Shown here piece by piece: positions 63,616 through 64,000 of a stretch of DNA of 64,000 nt. Every line of letters begins with the position of its first letter. Positions within the stretch are counted from its first letter, which is position 1. The DNA is from Blasia pusilla (Eukaryota), in NCBI GenBank assembly GCA_050084515.1, contig CM114271.1, forward strand, positions 36,642,001 through 36,706,000, in the 5' to 3' direction. The notes beneath the pieces were generated by a model that did not search any database, was not told the origin of the DNA, and saw nothing but the letters and a program-made list of their open reading frames with translations. A program made the translations under genes and the position numbers.

Positions 63616-63917
63616 CAAGGTGACATATGAAAAACATTCCTTTCCGTGGACTTACGTTCGTCTTATAGAAGGACTTATTCATATGGGCCCCATATTCCCC
63701 CTTCTTTCTCATCCCCCCTACTTTCCTTCGTGATCCCACATTCTCGTTTCTTCCTCCTCCCACCTTCACTCCCTCCCCCCTTATTTCCATGCCCATCCTT
63801 GCCTTGCCTTCCACAATAAACTATAAGTGTGGATCCCATCGTTTGCAATCCATGTCCACAAATAAGGCCGACCATGTCCATCCTAAGGACAGATTTATCT
63901 ATTTTTATGCAACCATG
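63616..63917 (-). mobile_element. hAT-type MITE, copy 4
   Basis: Ends CAAGGTGACAT / ATGCAACCATG; 8-bp flanks ATGAAATG / ATGACATC (6 of 8). Confidence 0.8.
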
Positions 63918-64000
63918 ATGACATCCCTTTTTCTATTAAGAAAAAAACAAATGCTCTACATATTAATGCTAATGTAGCTCCATAAACATAGTGTGGTGCA

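Overview
Eukaryotic land-plant genomic DNA (probably a non-seed plant or bryophyte; this is inference). Two multi-exon protein genes could be reconstructed from GT-AG junctions. One is a SAC3/GANP/THP3-family gene (SAC3A/LENG8-like; minus strand, 9733-17193, 13 coding exons, about 1148 aa). The other is a DUF3754/TMEM143-like gene (plus strand, about 35606-44771, 14 coding exons) with a splice-phase anomaly at intron 1. Most of the remainder is decayed transposon sequence: a CACTA/En-Spm TnpA remnant with one TIR, several Copia and Gypsy LTR fragments, fragments of an RLE-type non-LTR retrotransposon, short non-autonomous Helitrons, a four-copy hAT-type MITE family, tandem arrays (about 180, 350 and 154 bp units) and a 356-bp fold-back. 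I saw no rRNA, tRNA or CRISPR, and I cannot demonstrate a wholly new biological system. The best leads are the Helitron end-bypass candidate, the RLE retroelement pieces, the MITE family and the long hairpin. Family assignments come from remembered motifs, not database searches.
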